NCBI GenBank assembly: GCA_963842525.1
Contig: CAWJGT010000014.1
Location: 1-64,000 of the forward strand
Origin: an uncultured Holophagales bacterium
GTDB lineage: Bacteria; Acidobacteriota; Thermoanaerobaculia; Multivoradales; UBA5704
DNA length: 64,000 bases
Reading direction: 5' to 3'
The notes below the pieces were generated by a model. The model was not told where the DNA came from and made no database searches. It worked only from the letters and a program-made list of their open reading frames with translations. The position numbers and the translations under genes were made by a program. Below are positions 49,573-58,139 of this stretch, piece by piece. Position 1 is the first letter of the stretch, and each line of letters opens with the position of its first letter.

Positions 49573-50304
49573 ATGCTAACTGATGGGGGAATGATGAACC
49601 GGCGACCACGTGAAGTCATACTCGCTGCTCGGATCTCCTTCTACCGTTTTGAAGAGAACCAGAGCGGTTACCGCGACAAGGTCGAGTTTAAGAACCTTGA
49701 GGCTCCAAGAGACCACTTAGAGCGAGAGGTGCGACGGACAATCGAATCAGATTTGCCGGCTGAGCTCGAGGCTATTTATGGGCTCCGAGTAAGAACGCGG
49801 TTCATTACCACTCGGCCAGGGAGCGTTATTGCCTTTTTCGCGGTGGTGGTTGAGGCGCTGGGTATTTTTTCAAGCTACTCGGACTTTTTCGAGAGTATAT
49901 CTCTTGTGCGTAAACATTCGGCCGCTCTCCTAGAGCGCCTAATGGAGGAGCGGTACACGCCAGGTCCGAGCCTAACCTCAGATGTTTCGGTGACTGTCGA
50001 ATACCCACGCGTGCCTGATCCTGATGATCTTCATCCGGGTAGGCGGTTTTGGAAGAGATTCGGTCCTGAAGCTGACATGATGTTCGCCGCCGGTTGGAGT
50101 GGCTCACAGCCCCGAGTTCGGCGTGATGGCCTATTCTGGTGGTTGGTGATATGTAACCTCCTTTTTGCCGTTGCTCTAGGGGCCCTTGTCGCGGCAGCAG
50201 TCGTGAGGACATACTTCACTGTTGAACGTGGCCTCCCAGGAGGCTTTCACAAAAGCTCAGGAGCTGCCGAACCGGCAGCCGCATCGGAGAGGATCCAGAA
50301 CTAG
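49573..50304 (+). CDS. Low-GC hypothetical membrane protein, probable integron gene cassette
   Basis: Atypical composition, C-terminal TM, attC-like site 17 bp downstream. Confidence 0.65.
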   Translation: MLTDGGMMNRRPREVILAARISFYRFEENQSGYRDKVEFKNLEAPRDHLEREVRRTIESDLPAELEAIYGLRVRTRFITTRPGSVIAFFAVVVEALGIFSSYSDFFESISLVRKHSAALLERLMEERYTPGPSLTSDVSVTVEYPRVPDPDDLHPGRRFWKRFGPEADMMFAAGWSGSQPRVRRDGLFWWLVICNLLFAVALGALVAAAVVRTYFTVERGLPGGFHKSSGAAEPAAASERIQN

Positions 50305-50321
50305 TCAGTATGCGAGTCGGC

Positions 50322-50389
50322 GGCGAACCCCCGCTTCCACCGGACGGCCGGCTTCGCCGTCCGCACGGTGAAGCGTCAAGGCGTTGGCC
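50322..50389 (+). mobile_element. attC-like recombination site
   Basis: R'' GGCGAAC ... R' GTTGGCC; CGCTTCCACCG / CGGTGAAGCG with an unpaired C; central GC hairpin. Confidence 0.7.
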
Positions 50390-50428
50390 GTCTGCCTGCC
50401 GCCGGCGCTGAATGCCGCGCTGAGGGGC

Positions 50429-50806
50429 AGTGGTCCCGCGGTAGTGCCAAGGTTCCCCGCGGGACTATGGACGTTCACCGCAGCGCCGCGCAGTGGTCCC
50501 GCGGCACCGGCAAGGCTCACCGCGGGACCATGGACGTTCACCGCGGCGACTCGAAGTGGTCCCGCGGCAGCGGCAAGGCTCACCGCGGGAGCATGTAGCT
50601 TCCCCGCAGTGGGGTGAAGTGGTCCCGCAGCACCGCCGGAGCACACCGCGGGACCATGCAAGGTCACCGCGGCGCGGTCCAATGGTCCCGCAGGACCGCC
50701 AGTTCACACAGCGGGACCGTGCACGTGCACCGCGGGGAGGTCAAGTGGTCCCGCGGGACCGCCAGGCGGCACCCCGGGACCATACGCGTCCACCGCAGGA
50801 CCGTCA
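50429..50806. repeat. 18 x 21-bp array organised as 6 x 63-bp higher-order units
   Basis: A(G/A)TGGTCCCGC at 50429, 50492, 50555, 50618, 50681, 50744; phase kept with no indels. Confidence 0.92.
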
Positions 50807-50877
50807 CTCCCATTCGCGGTGGCCGTCTCGACCACCTGGAGCTCGATGGCCGCCACGGCTGCCGTGCTCACAGCCAC

Positions 50878-51201
50878 CTAGGCCTCAGGACGATAGCTTT
50901 CAGGCTCGCAGCGGCTCTCGACTGCCAGCAGGTCCTCCACTTCCCGAGCGGGGCCCGCCTGCTCGGGATCCGGGAAGACGCCGCGAAAAAAGTTCGCGGG
51001 GGGAATACCTGCGGCCTCCAGAACCTCCAGAACCTGGGTCATCTTAAGATGCCGGGTGCCAGCGAAGAGCCGGCTGAGATAGCCACTATGCTCGCTGAAC
51101 CCCATGCGGCGCTCGATCTCGCGGTTTGACAGACCGCTCAGGTGGAGGGCGACCTGAAGCAGACGACGCACTCTTGCCTCGTGCTCCTCGGCGGAAGTCA
51201 T
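50878..51201 (-). CDS. XRE-type HTH regulator
   Basis: LSNREIERRMG..GYLSRLFAG..LK..QVLEVLEAAGIPPANFF; RBS GAAGGGG. Confidence 0.8.
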   Translation of the reverse strand: MTSAEEHEARVRRLLQVALHLSGLSNREIERRMGFSEHSGYLSRLFAGTRHLKMTQVLEVLEAAGIPPANFFRGVFPDPEQAGPAREVEDLLAVESRCEPESYRPEA

Positions 51202-51398
51202 CAGTTTGTCCCCTTCAGGAAAGTCACAAAAAACTGGCCGGGCCGGACTACTCTCGACAATCCCCGTGGGCAGGCCCCAGGAGGGTCAGCTCCAGAGGGA
51301 CCCGGGGAGATGCCGACCACCGCACGGGAGAGGCTGCCCGCCTTGATCTCCCCCAAACCTCGCCCGACCCGACCAGACTCAAAACCGGTCCTCATCGC

Positions 51399-51695
51399 TC
51401 AAGATGGGAAAGCAGTCTTCATCTCGAGCCTGTATGCGACTGCTGGTGTGAAGCCTATAAGTCCGGCAAATTCCACGGGATCGTTGCGTGCAATTTCCGC
51501 CATCGCTTCTCGCGCACGTAACCCTGCCTCAGCGGGTGACTGGAAGACCAGCCAATCCACATCGGTCGCGTGAAGCACAGCTCCATGCTCACCCTCGTCA
51601 AGCTCGACTTCAACGATCTCGCCCTCGATTTGAATCCATCCTTGAGACTCCTGCGGGAGCAACTCTTCGTTGCCTACTTGGGGCGGCGCGATCAT
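51399..51695 (-). CDS. Possible small hypothetical protein
   Basis: Acidic, protein-like composition; purine-rich upstream sequence; no recognisable family. Confidence 0.35.
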   Translation of the reverse strand: MIAPPQVGNEELLPQESQGWIQIEGEIVEVELDEGEHGAVLHATDVDWLVFQSPAEAGLRAREAMAEIARNDPVEFAGLIGFTPAVAYRLEMKTAFPS

Positions 51696-51863
51696 CTCCT
51701 TTTGATGCTCCTCTCTACCGTGGCGAGGCCGCTACGACCCACGCAGGCGAGAGCAGCGACTGTTCCTCCGGGAGGCTCAGCATCCGAATTGGATGTTTTG
51801 GCCTTCTGTCCCGAAAACGTGCCCTGCGGCTACTTACTTGATGGATGGAGGGTCCTTTCGATC

Positions 51864-53351
51864 ATGGAGAATCGGCTTGCGGCTAGGGAAGAGACCACTC
51901 GGCAGAATTCTTCACAGATTGGCTTTGCCCTGGATCTCCTGATGCGCGGGCACGGCTGGACCGGGAAGAAGCTCGCTGAGGCCGCGGGCATCGCCCCCAC
52001 CACGATTTCCGCTTTTGTCAACGATGGCTTGAGCCGGGAGCGCCTGGAGGAGCTGGCCGAGCTCATGGGCCTGAGCCCGCAAGAGGTCGAGCGCGCCGTC
52101 CTCGCCGCCCGGCTTGTCCTGCCTCCCCAACCTTCTCCCCGCACACCGGTGGACCCCACACCCGAGGAGCGCCGCATCGCCGAGAAGGCCGCGGCCCTGG
52201 CTGCCTGCGAGGTGGCGGACCTCGTCCTGGACCTGCGCCTCCGGGAGATCCGGCAGGAAAACACTCGCCGTGATCTTGAAGAAGGAAGGAGGCTCGCCCA
52301 GGAGCTGAAGACCTACACGTCCGCCGACCAGCGCGTCCTGATCGAAGGAGCGCCGGACTACCAGCACTGGGGATTGGCCGTCGCCCTGTGCGAGGACAGC
52401 GAGAAAGCGACGCCGCGAAACCCAGATCACGCGCTGGCGCTGGCCGAGCTGGCCCTCTTCGTTGCCGAGCACGTGGAGGACAGCGCCTTCAAGCCCCGCC
52501 TCCAGGGCTGGTGCACCGGGGTTGGCGCGAACGCTCAACGAGTGCTCGGCCGCGACCTTCCCGGCGCTGCCACAACCTTTGCCCGCGCCTGGCGGCTCTG
52601 GCAAGAAGGTGAGGACTCGGCGGGCCTTCTCTCCAAAGCGCACCTACTCCATTTGGAGGCCTCACTACGCAGGGCTCAGCGGCTCTTTCCCAAGGCGCTG
52701 AAGCTGCACGACGACGCCCTGATGCTGGCCCGGCCCGAAGAGGAAGGCTCCATCCTGCTCAATAAAGCTGTCACTCTCAAGGAAAACGGCGATCCTGAGG
52801 ACGCCCTCCAGATTTTGGCACGGGCGGCCCGGCTCATCGACGCCGAACGGCAGCCACGGCAGAGATGTGTCCTGCGATTCAACCAGGCATCGAACCTGCT
52901 CCTGCTGGGTCGAGCCGCGGAGGCGGCACCGATCGTGGCCGAGGTCCGGGAGTTGGCCGGGCGGTTGCGCAACGCCGAGGACCTGGTGAGAACTCTATGG
53001 CTGGAAGGGAACTGCGCTGCCGGCCTGGGACAGAGTGAGGAGGCTCTCACCAGGTTGGAGCAGGTGCGGCACGAGTTCCAGGTGCGGGACAACCCCTTCG
53101 ACTACGCATTGGCGAGCCTGGACGTGGCGCTGCTCCACCGGCAGGAAGGCCGTTTTGTGGAAGTCAAGGTTCTGGCCGACCAGATGCTTGAGGTCTTCAA
53201 GGCTCAGAAGGTGGACCGGGAAGCCATTGCTGCCGTGATCCTGTTCCGCGAAGCCGCCCAAAAGGAGCAGGTCACCGTGGGGCTGGTCCGGCGTCTCCAG
53301 GACTACCTCTCCAAGGCGAGGAGCGATCCACAGATCCGCTTCGAGGGATAG
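51864..53351 (+). CDS. XRE-HTH + TPR-like repeat protein (candidate receptor 1)
   Basis: GWTGKKLAEAAGIAPTTISAF HTH, followed by Ala/Leu TPR-like helical repeats. Confidence 0.8.
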   Translation: MENRLAAREETTRQNSSQIGFALDLLMRGHGWTGKKLAEAAGIAPTTISAFVNDGLSRERLEELAELMGLSPQEVERAVLAARLVLPPQPSPRTPVDPTPEERRIAEKAAALAACEVADLVLDLRLREIRQENTRRDLEEGRRLAQELKTYTSADQRVLIEGAPDYQHWGLAVALCEDSEKATPRNPDHALALAELALFVAEHVEDSAFKPRLQGWCTGVGANAQRVLGRDLPGAATTFARAWRLWQEGEDSAGLLSKAHLLHLEASLRRAQRLFPKALKLHDDALMLARPEEEGSILLNKAVTLKENGDPEDALQILARAARLIDAERQPRQRCVLRFNQASNLLLLGRAAEAAPIVAEVRELAGRLRNAEDLVRTLWLEGNCAAGLGQSEEALTRLEQVRHEFQVRDNPFDYALASLDVALLHRQEGRFVEVKVLADQMLEVFKAQKVDREAIAAVILFREAAQKEQVTVGLVRRLQDYLSKARSDPQIRFEG

Positions 53352-53379
53352 TTGTTCGGCTGCTGACTTGCGAAGAGGA

Positions 53380-53402
53380 GGGAGGGGTTCGTTACCCCTC
53401 CC
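53380..53402. terminator. Hairpin between convergent TPR gene and peptide gene
   Basis: GGGAGGGGT-TCGTT-ACCCCTCCC. Confidence 0.55.
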
Positions 53403-53417
53403 AAGAAAGTTGTGGCC

Positions 53418-53744
53418 TCAACTTCCGGGCAAACAGCCGCCGTGGGGATCAATCCCGCAGCCTTCACCCGTTGTGGGCTGCGAGACCGCGGCGCAGCCGC
53501 CGTTGGGGTCGAGATTGCAGCCCTCATCCGTTGTGGGCTGCGCGACTGCCGCGCAGCCGCCATAGGGGTCGATCATGCAACCATGCTCCGTCCAGACGGC
53601 CGTGAGGGTGCCCCAAAGGCGTGCGAGGATGTCTAACATGTGCGCCTCGGAAGAGGACCGGCTTGGCGTTGCCCAGGCGGGTGCGCACAACAGGGTGGTG
53701 ACCAGGAAGACGAGGAGGATACGGGCAAGTCGGCGATGGGACAT
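53418..53744 (-). CDS. Secreted 108-aa propeptide with three GCxxDPxGGC cores
   Basis: RBS AAAGGAG; signal peptide ending APAWA; 20-aa repeats CMIDPYGGC, CNLDPNGGC, CGIDPHGGC. Confidence 0.85.
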   Translation of the reverse strand: MSHRRLARILLVFLVTTLLCAPAWATPSRSSSEAHMLDILARLWGTLTAVWTEHGCMIDPYGGCAAVAQPTTDEGCNLDPNGGCAAVSQPTTGEGCGIDPHGGCLPGS

Positions 53745-53886
53745 ACCGGCTCCTTTGGCGGAGGCGGCCTTCAGGACGGCCGCCATGGCCGCGAAGACGC
53801 CCCCGATCCCTCCATGGTGCCCGGACCCGGTGAATTTATCCAACTCGGGCCCACAGCGGTGTGGGCCAAGGCGGTAAGAGAAAGCC

Positions 53887-55386
53887 ATGGCGCGCGACGA
53901 GAGCGAGCACGACGATCAGCACGAGAAGATCCTTTTCGGCGACTTCATCTCCTTTCTTCGCTGGCTGCCGGGGAATTGGTCCCAGGCCCACTTCGCCAGG
54001 AAGGCCGGGATCGACCGCAGCGACCTCTACTCCTATGAAAAAGGAAAAAAACGGCCGCGGGAAGCGACGTTCCAGTTGATCCGGTCGGCAGCCGGCGTGC
54101 CCCAGCGGCTCATTGGTTTTCTCCGCTGGTGCCACTGGCTGGTCCGCAGGGCGCTCGCCCTGGGCCAAGTGGACACCGCTCCGGCCACGGCGCCCCTGCG
54201 TGAAGCGACCCGGGCGGCCGTGTGGGACATCGTCGAGCGGGCGCTGGCCCTGGCCCGCGCGGAGCAAGCGCTGTTGCGGAACGCTCCGCGCCGGCTCGGC
54301 CCTCCGACACAGGAAGACCAACAGCGGGTTTCCGCGCTGTTCGAGAAGCTGAAGAGCTATCCACGGCAGAAGCGGCAGCTTCTCGTTCAGGGCGCGCAGG
54401 CGTACCGTGATCCTTTGCTCTGCCTACATATTTGCCAGAAAAGCGAGGACGCCGCAGCAAACGATCCGGGTGAGGCCCTGGTGCTGGCCGAGTTGGCCCT
54501 GTTCGTTGCCGATCATGTGGAGGAGGGCGTCTTCAAGCCCAGCCTCCAAGCCTGGTGCACCGGGGTCCTCGCAAACGCTCAACGAGTGATTGGCCGGGAC
54601 CTTCCTGGCGCTGCCACAACCTTTGCCCGCGCCTGGCGGCTCTGGCAAGAAGGTAAGGACTCGGCGGGCCTTCTCTCCAAAGCGCACCTACTCCATTTGG
54701 AGGCCTCACTACGCAGGGCTCAGCGGCTCTTTCCCAAGGCGCTGAAGCTGCACGACGACGCCCTGATGCTGGCCCGGCCCGAAGAGGAAGGCTCCATCCT
54801 GCTCAATAAAGCTGTCACTCTCAAGGAAAACGGCGATCCTGAGGACGCCCTCCAGACTTTGGCACGGGCGGCCCGGCTCATCGACGCCGAACGGCAGCCA
54901 CGGCAGAGATGTGTCCTGCGGTTCAACCAGGCGGCGAACCTGCTCTTGCTGGGCCGGGCCGGGGAGGCGGCGCCGATCGTGGCCGAGGTGCGGGAGCTTG
55001 TCGAGCGGCTGCGCAACGAGGTGGACCTCGTCAGAACTATATGGCTGGAAGGGAACTGCGCCGCCGGGCTGGGCCGGCGTGAGGAGGCGCTCACCAAGCT
55101 GGAGCAGGTGCGGCACGAGTTCGAGGTGCGCGAGAACCCCTTCGACTATGCACTGGCAAGTCTGGACCTGGCGATGATCTACCGCGAGGAGGGCCGCTTC
55201 GCGGAAATCAAGGCTCTGGCCGACCAGATGCTGGAGATCTTCAAGGCCCAGAAAGTACACCGGGAAGCCATTGCTGCGGTGATCCTGTTCAAGGAAGCCG
55301 CCGAGAAGCAGCAGGTCACCGCGGAGATGGTCCAGCGGCTCCAGAAGCAGCTCTCCAAGGTGAGGTGCGAAGTAGTGCCACCATAG
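53887..55386 (+). CDS. XRE-HTH + TPR-like repeat protein (candidate receptor 2)
   Basis: WSQAHFARKAGIDRSDLYSYEKGKKRP HTH; C-terminal two-thirds paralogous to 51864-53351. Confidence 0.85.
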   Translation: MARDESEHDDQHEKILFGDFISFLRWLPGNWSQAHFARKAGIDRSDLYSYEKGKKRPREATFQLIRSAAGVPQRLIGFLRWCHWLVRRALALGQVDTAPATAPLREATRAAVWDIVERALALARAEQALLRNAPRRLGPPTQEDQQRVSALFEKLKSYPRQKRQLLVQGAQAYRDPLLCLHICQKSEDAAANDPGEALVLAELALFVADHVEEGVFKPSLQAWCTGVLANAQRVIGRDLPGAATTFARAWRLWQEGKDSAGLLSKAHLLHLEASLRRAQRLFPKALKLHDDALMLARPEEEGSILLNKAVTLKENGDPEDALQTLARAARLIDAERQPRQRCVLRFNQAANLLLLGRAGEAAPIVAEVRELVERLRNEVDLVRTIWLEGNCAAGLGRREEALTKLEQVRHEFEVRENPFDYALASLDLAMIYREEGRFAEIKALADQMLEIFKAQKVHREAIAAVILFKEAAEKQQVTAEMVQRLQKQLSKVRCEVVPP

Positions 55387-55442
55387 ATCCGAGGGCGGGG
55401 CTGCGACCCGAACGGCTAGTTCTACTTTGGCTTTGTAGATTT

Positions 55443-55518
55443 GCTGGGAGCGCCGGCATCCCTGCCGGCCGGCTAACCAAAGACGAAGAAGGCCGGCAAG
55501 GATGCCGGCGCTCCCAGC
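55443..55518. repeat. REP-like doublet, family B-like (GCTGGGAGCGCCGGCATCC..)
   Basis: ~28-bp near-perfect inverted arms. Confidence 0.8.
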
Positions 55519-55540
55519 GGGGTCTGCAGGAAAGTCGCTG

Positions 55541-55866
55541 TCAACTTCCAGGCACGCAGCCGCCGTTGGGATCGATTTTGCAGCCCTCATCCGTTGTGGG
55601 TGCCGAGACTGCCTCACAGCCGCCATGCGGGTCGAGCATGCAGCCATGATCCGTCGTGGGCTGCGATGCCGCGCAACCGCCGTGTGGGTCGATGTGGCAG
55701 CCTTCCTCCGACCAGACGGCCGTGAGCGAACCCCAGAGGCGTGCGAAGATGTCGAGCAAATGCGCCTTGGAGGAAGACCGGCCTGGCATTGCCCAGGAGG
55801 GTGCGCACAACAACAGGGTGGCGACCAGGAAGACGAGGAGGATACGGGCAAGTCGCGATGGGACAT
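55541..55866 (-). CDS. Secreted propeptide 2 with three GCxxDPxGGC cores (1-bp deletion near codon 4)
   Basis: Paralog of 53418-53744; cores CHIDPHGGC, CMLDPHGGC, CKIDPNGGC; RBS AAAGGAG. Confidence 0.8.
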
Positions 55867-56118
55867 GCTGGCTCCTTTGGACGTGGCCGTCGAAGGAATA
55901 GCATAACCCCAGGAGGGTCCTATGTATTGTTCCCGGATACCACCACCAGAGCAGTGGGACAAAGTCGAGAAAGGTCACCGCAGGACGTTCCGCTGTACCC
56001 ACCACGGTCTACCCTTCCGAGTGTTCTGCGGGAAGCCAGCAGTGGCGCTGGTGGGTGCCGATCCGCGCTGCGCGGAGCACTTCATCCAAAGTAGGCGCTA
56101 ACTTTCGCCGGAGGGAAA

Positions 56119-56259
56119 CCTGGGAGCGCCGGCGTCCCGCCGGCCCGGAGCTTCGCCGGCCGCTTGGGCACCGTCAGACACCACCACCGCTCCAGCTCTA
56201 GGCGGCCCCATCTCCTCCACGGCCTCGTGGAGAGCCGGCGGGACGCCGGCGCTCCCAGG
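56119..56259. repeat. REP-like doublet, family B-like
   Basis: CCTGGGAGCGCCGGCGTCCCGCCGGC and its exact inverse. Confidence 0.8.
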
Positions 56260-56429
56260 GCCACCCTCCCCGACCCGGCTGTCACACAGGTGGACGAGGC
56301 AAAGTGAGCGCCTATGCCCGCCAGCTCCCCGGGAGAGGGGCTCGACCGCGTTGTACGCGGTCCCCGGTTGCCGTAAAATGTCTTCCGGGTTCGCGATAAA
56401 TACGAATCCCGTCGAAAGGGAGGTGTCCA

Positions 56430-56693
56430 ATGACCATGTTCCGCAAGGTCCTGACTGCGAGCGCTGTCGCCATTGTGCTTGCCTCCGTGCCCTCGCATCT
56501 AGCGGCACAGGATGGGCCAGCCGCGACCGAGGTACGCGCCTCGATGCTCGGGTGGTTTACCAGTATCTGGGGTGATCTCACCGCCTGGCTCGCTGGCGAA
56601 GTGGCGCCGGCTCCGCCTCAGCCCGAATGGCTTTCTCAGAGCCAAGCCGACAACGGGTGCATTGTCGACCCGCACGGCGGTTGCGGCGGTTAA
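56430..56693 (+). CDS. Secreted propeptide 3 with one C-terminal core, DNGCIVDPHGGCGG
   Basis: RBS GGAGG; signal peptide; shared WGxLTA motif; same core consensus. Confidence 0.85.
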   Translation: MTMFRKVLTASAVAIVLASVPSHLAAQDGPAATEVRASMLGWFTSIWGDLTAWLAGEVAPAPPQPEWLSQSQADNGCIVDPHGGCGG

Positions 56694-56742
56694 AGCAAGG
56701 GCTTCTCTCGGTAGAAGCTTTTGGGCTATCATCCACGGGCTT

Positions 56743-57768
56743 ATGGCCCAACACCCGGGAGTGGGCGTGTGCTTGCCACCCTTCAGCAGCCCGGCGGCTG
56801 CGCGCCTCAGCTTGACCAACCAGCCGAACCCGAGTCGGATTCTTGCCGTCGCCGAGTACGGTTACAGCCTGAGGTTCGTGGATCCTCCTGCCGGGGTTGA
56901 GTGGTGCCGGGTCGCCGCAGACGTGTTCACCGACACCCTGGACCCGAGCCTACGGGGGCGGGTGGTTGGCTACTTCGGCAACAGTCTTCGCGTGGTGGGC
57001 AACTACGATGAAGCCAGGGAGGTTCTCCGTCTCGCGCTCGAGGTCCTTCCTGGCGACCCGCTCCTCCTCGAATTCAAGGCGTCCCTGCACCGAGACGTCC
57101 GTCAATTTGAAGTAGCTACCGAATGCCTGCGCGACGCCGCCGGGATCCAGCGGGCTTGTGGTGACGTGGCAGGGTTCGCCCGTACGCTGCTCATTACGGC
57201 CCAGGTGATGGACCTCGCTGGAAAATCGCAGGGAGCGGCCGGGCTTTGCCTCGAAGCCTTGGACCTTTTGGACAGCGCTGTTGACCCAAGCCGCAATCTC
57301 CTGCGGACTGCCGTCCAGAATTATGCGGGATACATGTGCCATGCTGGAAAGCCGCTGGCGGCACTGCGGGCTCTGCGAACGGCGGAGCCTTTGCTCGCTA
57401 GCGAGGAGCCGTACTTTAAACTTCGTCTCGAGTGGTTGTTCGGCCAGATCGCTGCCGCACTCGGCGACGAATCGGCTGAGCGTCGATTGGAGTGCGTCCG
57501 GCAAGAGTTCGCGAAAGGTGGCCTTTACCATGAGGCAGCTATCGCTACGCTCGACCTGGCCAGGTACTTCGTGCTCCGCCGGGACCCCCGCGCTGCACCC
57601 GTGGCGCTGTCAGTTGCCCCACTTCTCGAGTCTTTGGGGATCGATCGCGATGCTCGGGAAGCGAAGCTTCTCGGTGAGCTCGCGATGGCTGATTCGAACG
57701 TCGAGCACCTTATCGCCGAGCTCTATGAGGCGATCGTGTGGCGCCCCGCGGCGCGGCAGGTCGCCTAA
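56743..57768 (+). CDS. TPR-like protein without HTH (candidate receptor 3); start uncertain
   Basis: LRLEWLFGQIAAALG..LECVRQEF..AAIATLDLA aligns by eye with VRTLWLEGNCAAGLG..LEQVRHEF..YALASLDVA. Confidence 0.75.
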   Translation: MAQHPGVGVCLPPFSSPAAARLSLTNQPNPSRILAVAEYGYSLRFVDPPAGVEWCRVAADVFTDTLDPSLRGRVVGYFGNSLRVVGNYDEAREVLRLALEVLPGDPLLLEFKASLHRDVRQFEVATECLRDAAGIQRACGDVAGFARTLLITAQVMDLAGKSQGAAGLCLEALDLLDSAVDPSRNLLRTAVQNYAGYMCHAGKPLAALRALRTAEPLLASEEPYFKLRLEWLFGQIAAALGDESAERRLECVRQEFAKGGLYHEAAIATLDLARYFVLRRDPRAAPVALSVAPLLESLGIDRDAREAKLLGELAMADSNVEHLIAELYEAIVWRPAARQVA

Positions 57769-58133
57769 CGACCGGCAGCGCCACCGCTTTCGTCTTCGTC
57801 GTTCAGCCGCGGCCGAAGCCCGTAGCGTTCCATTGCGCGAAGGAAGCGCGTATCAAAGTCGTCGTCCGCGTCGCGGAATCCCTCTTTCCCATAGATGCTG
57901 GCGAAGAAATCGGCTGGCTTCAGGCCAAGCGCCAGGAGCACGGTAAAGATGTGCTCGGCGGTCACGGCGATGCGCCCCTTGAAGAGGTGGGTGAAATAGC
58001 CGTCGGCCCTGCCGGTCCTGGCCGCAAGCTCCTTGAGGTCAACTCCGCTCCGGTCCACCGCCTGCTGCAGGGCCTCGCGGAGCACTTTCGTCATCTCCTT
58101 TGCCTCGCGCTGAACTCGGGCTGGGCTGCGCAT
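57765..58133 (-). CDS. XRE-type HTH regulator, probably leaderless
   Basis: DLKELAARTGRADGYFTHLFKG..LGLKPADFF; similar to 50878-51201. Confidence 0.8.
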   Translation of the reverse strand: MRSPARVQREAKEMTKVLREALQQAVDRSGVDLKELAARTGRADGYFTHLFKGRIAVTAEHIFTVLLALGLKPADFFASIYGKEGFRDADDDFDTRFLRAMERYGLRPRLNDEDESGGAAGR

Positions 58134-58139
58134 GTGCCT

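Noticed and set aside
50429-50806. CRISPR array
   Set aside because: The intervening segments are related to each other, the repeats are degenerate, and there are no cas genes in the window.
53418-56693. Classical RiPP biosynthetic cluster
   Set aside because: No modifying enzyme or dedicated peptidase-transporter is adjacent and the precursors have Sec-type signals. Kept only as an alternative hypothesis.
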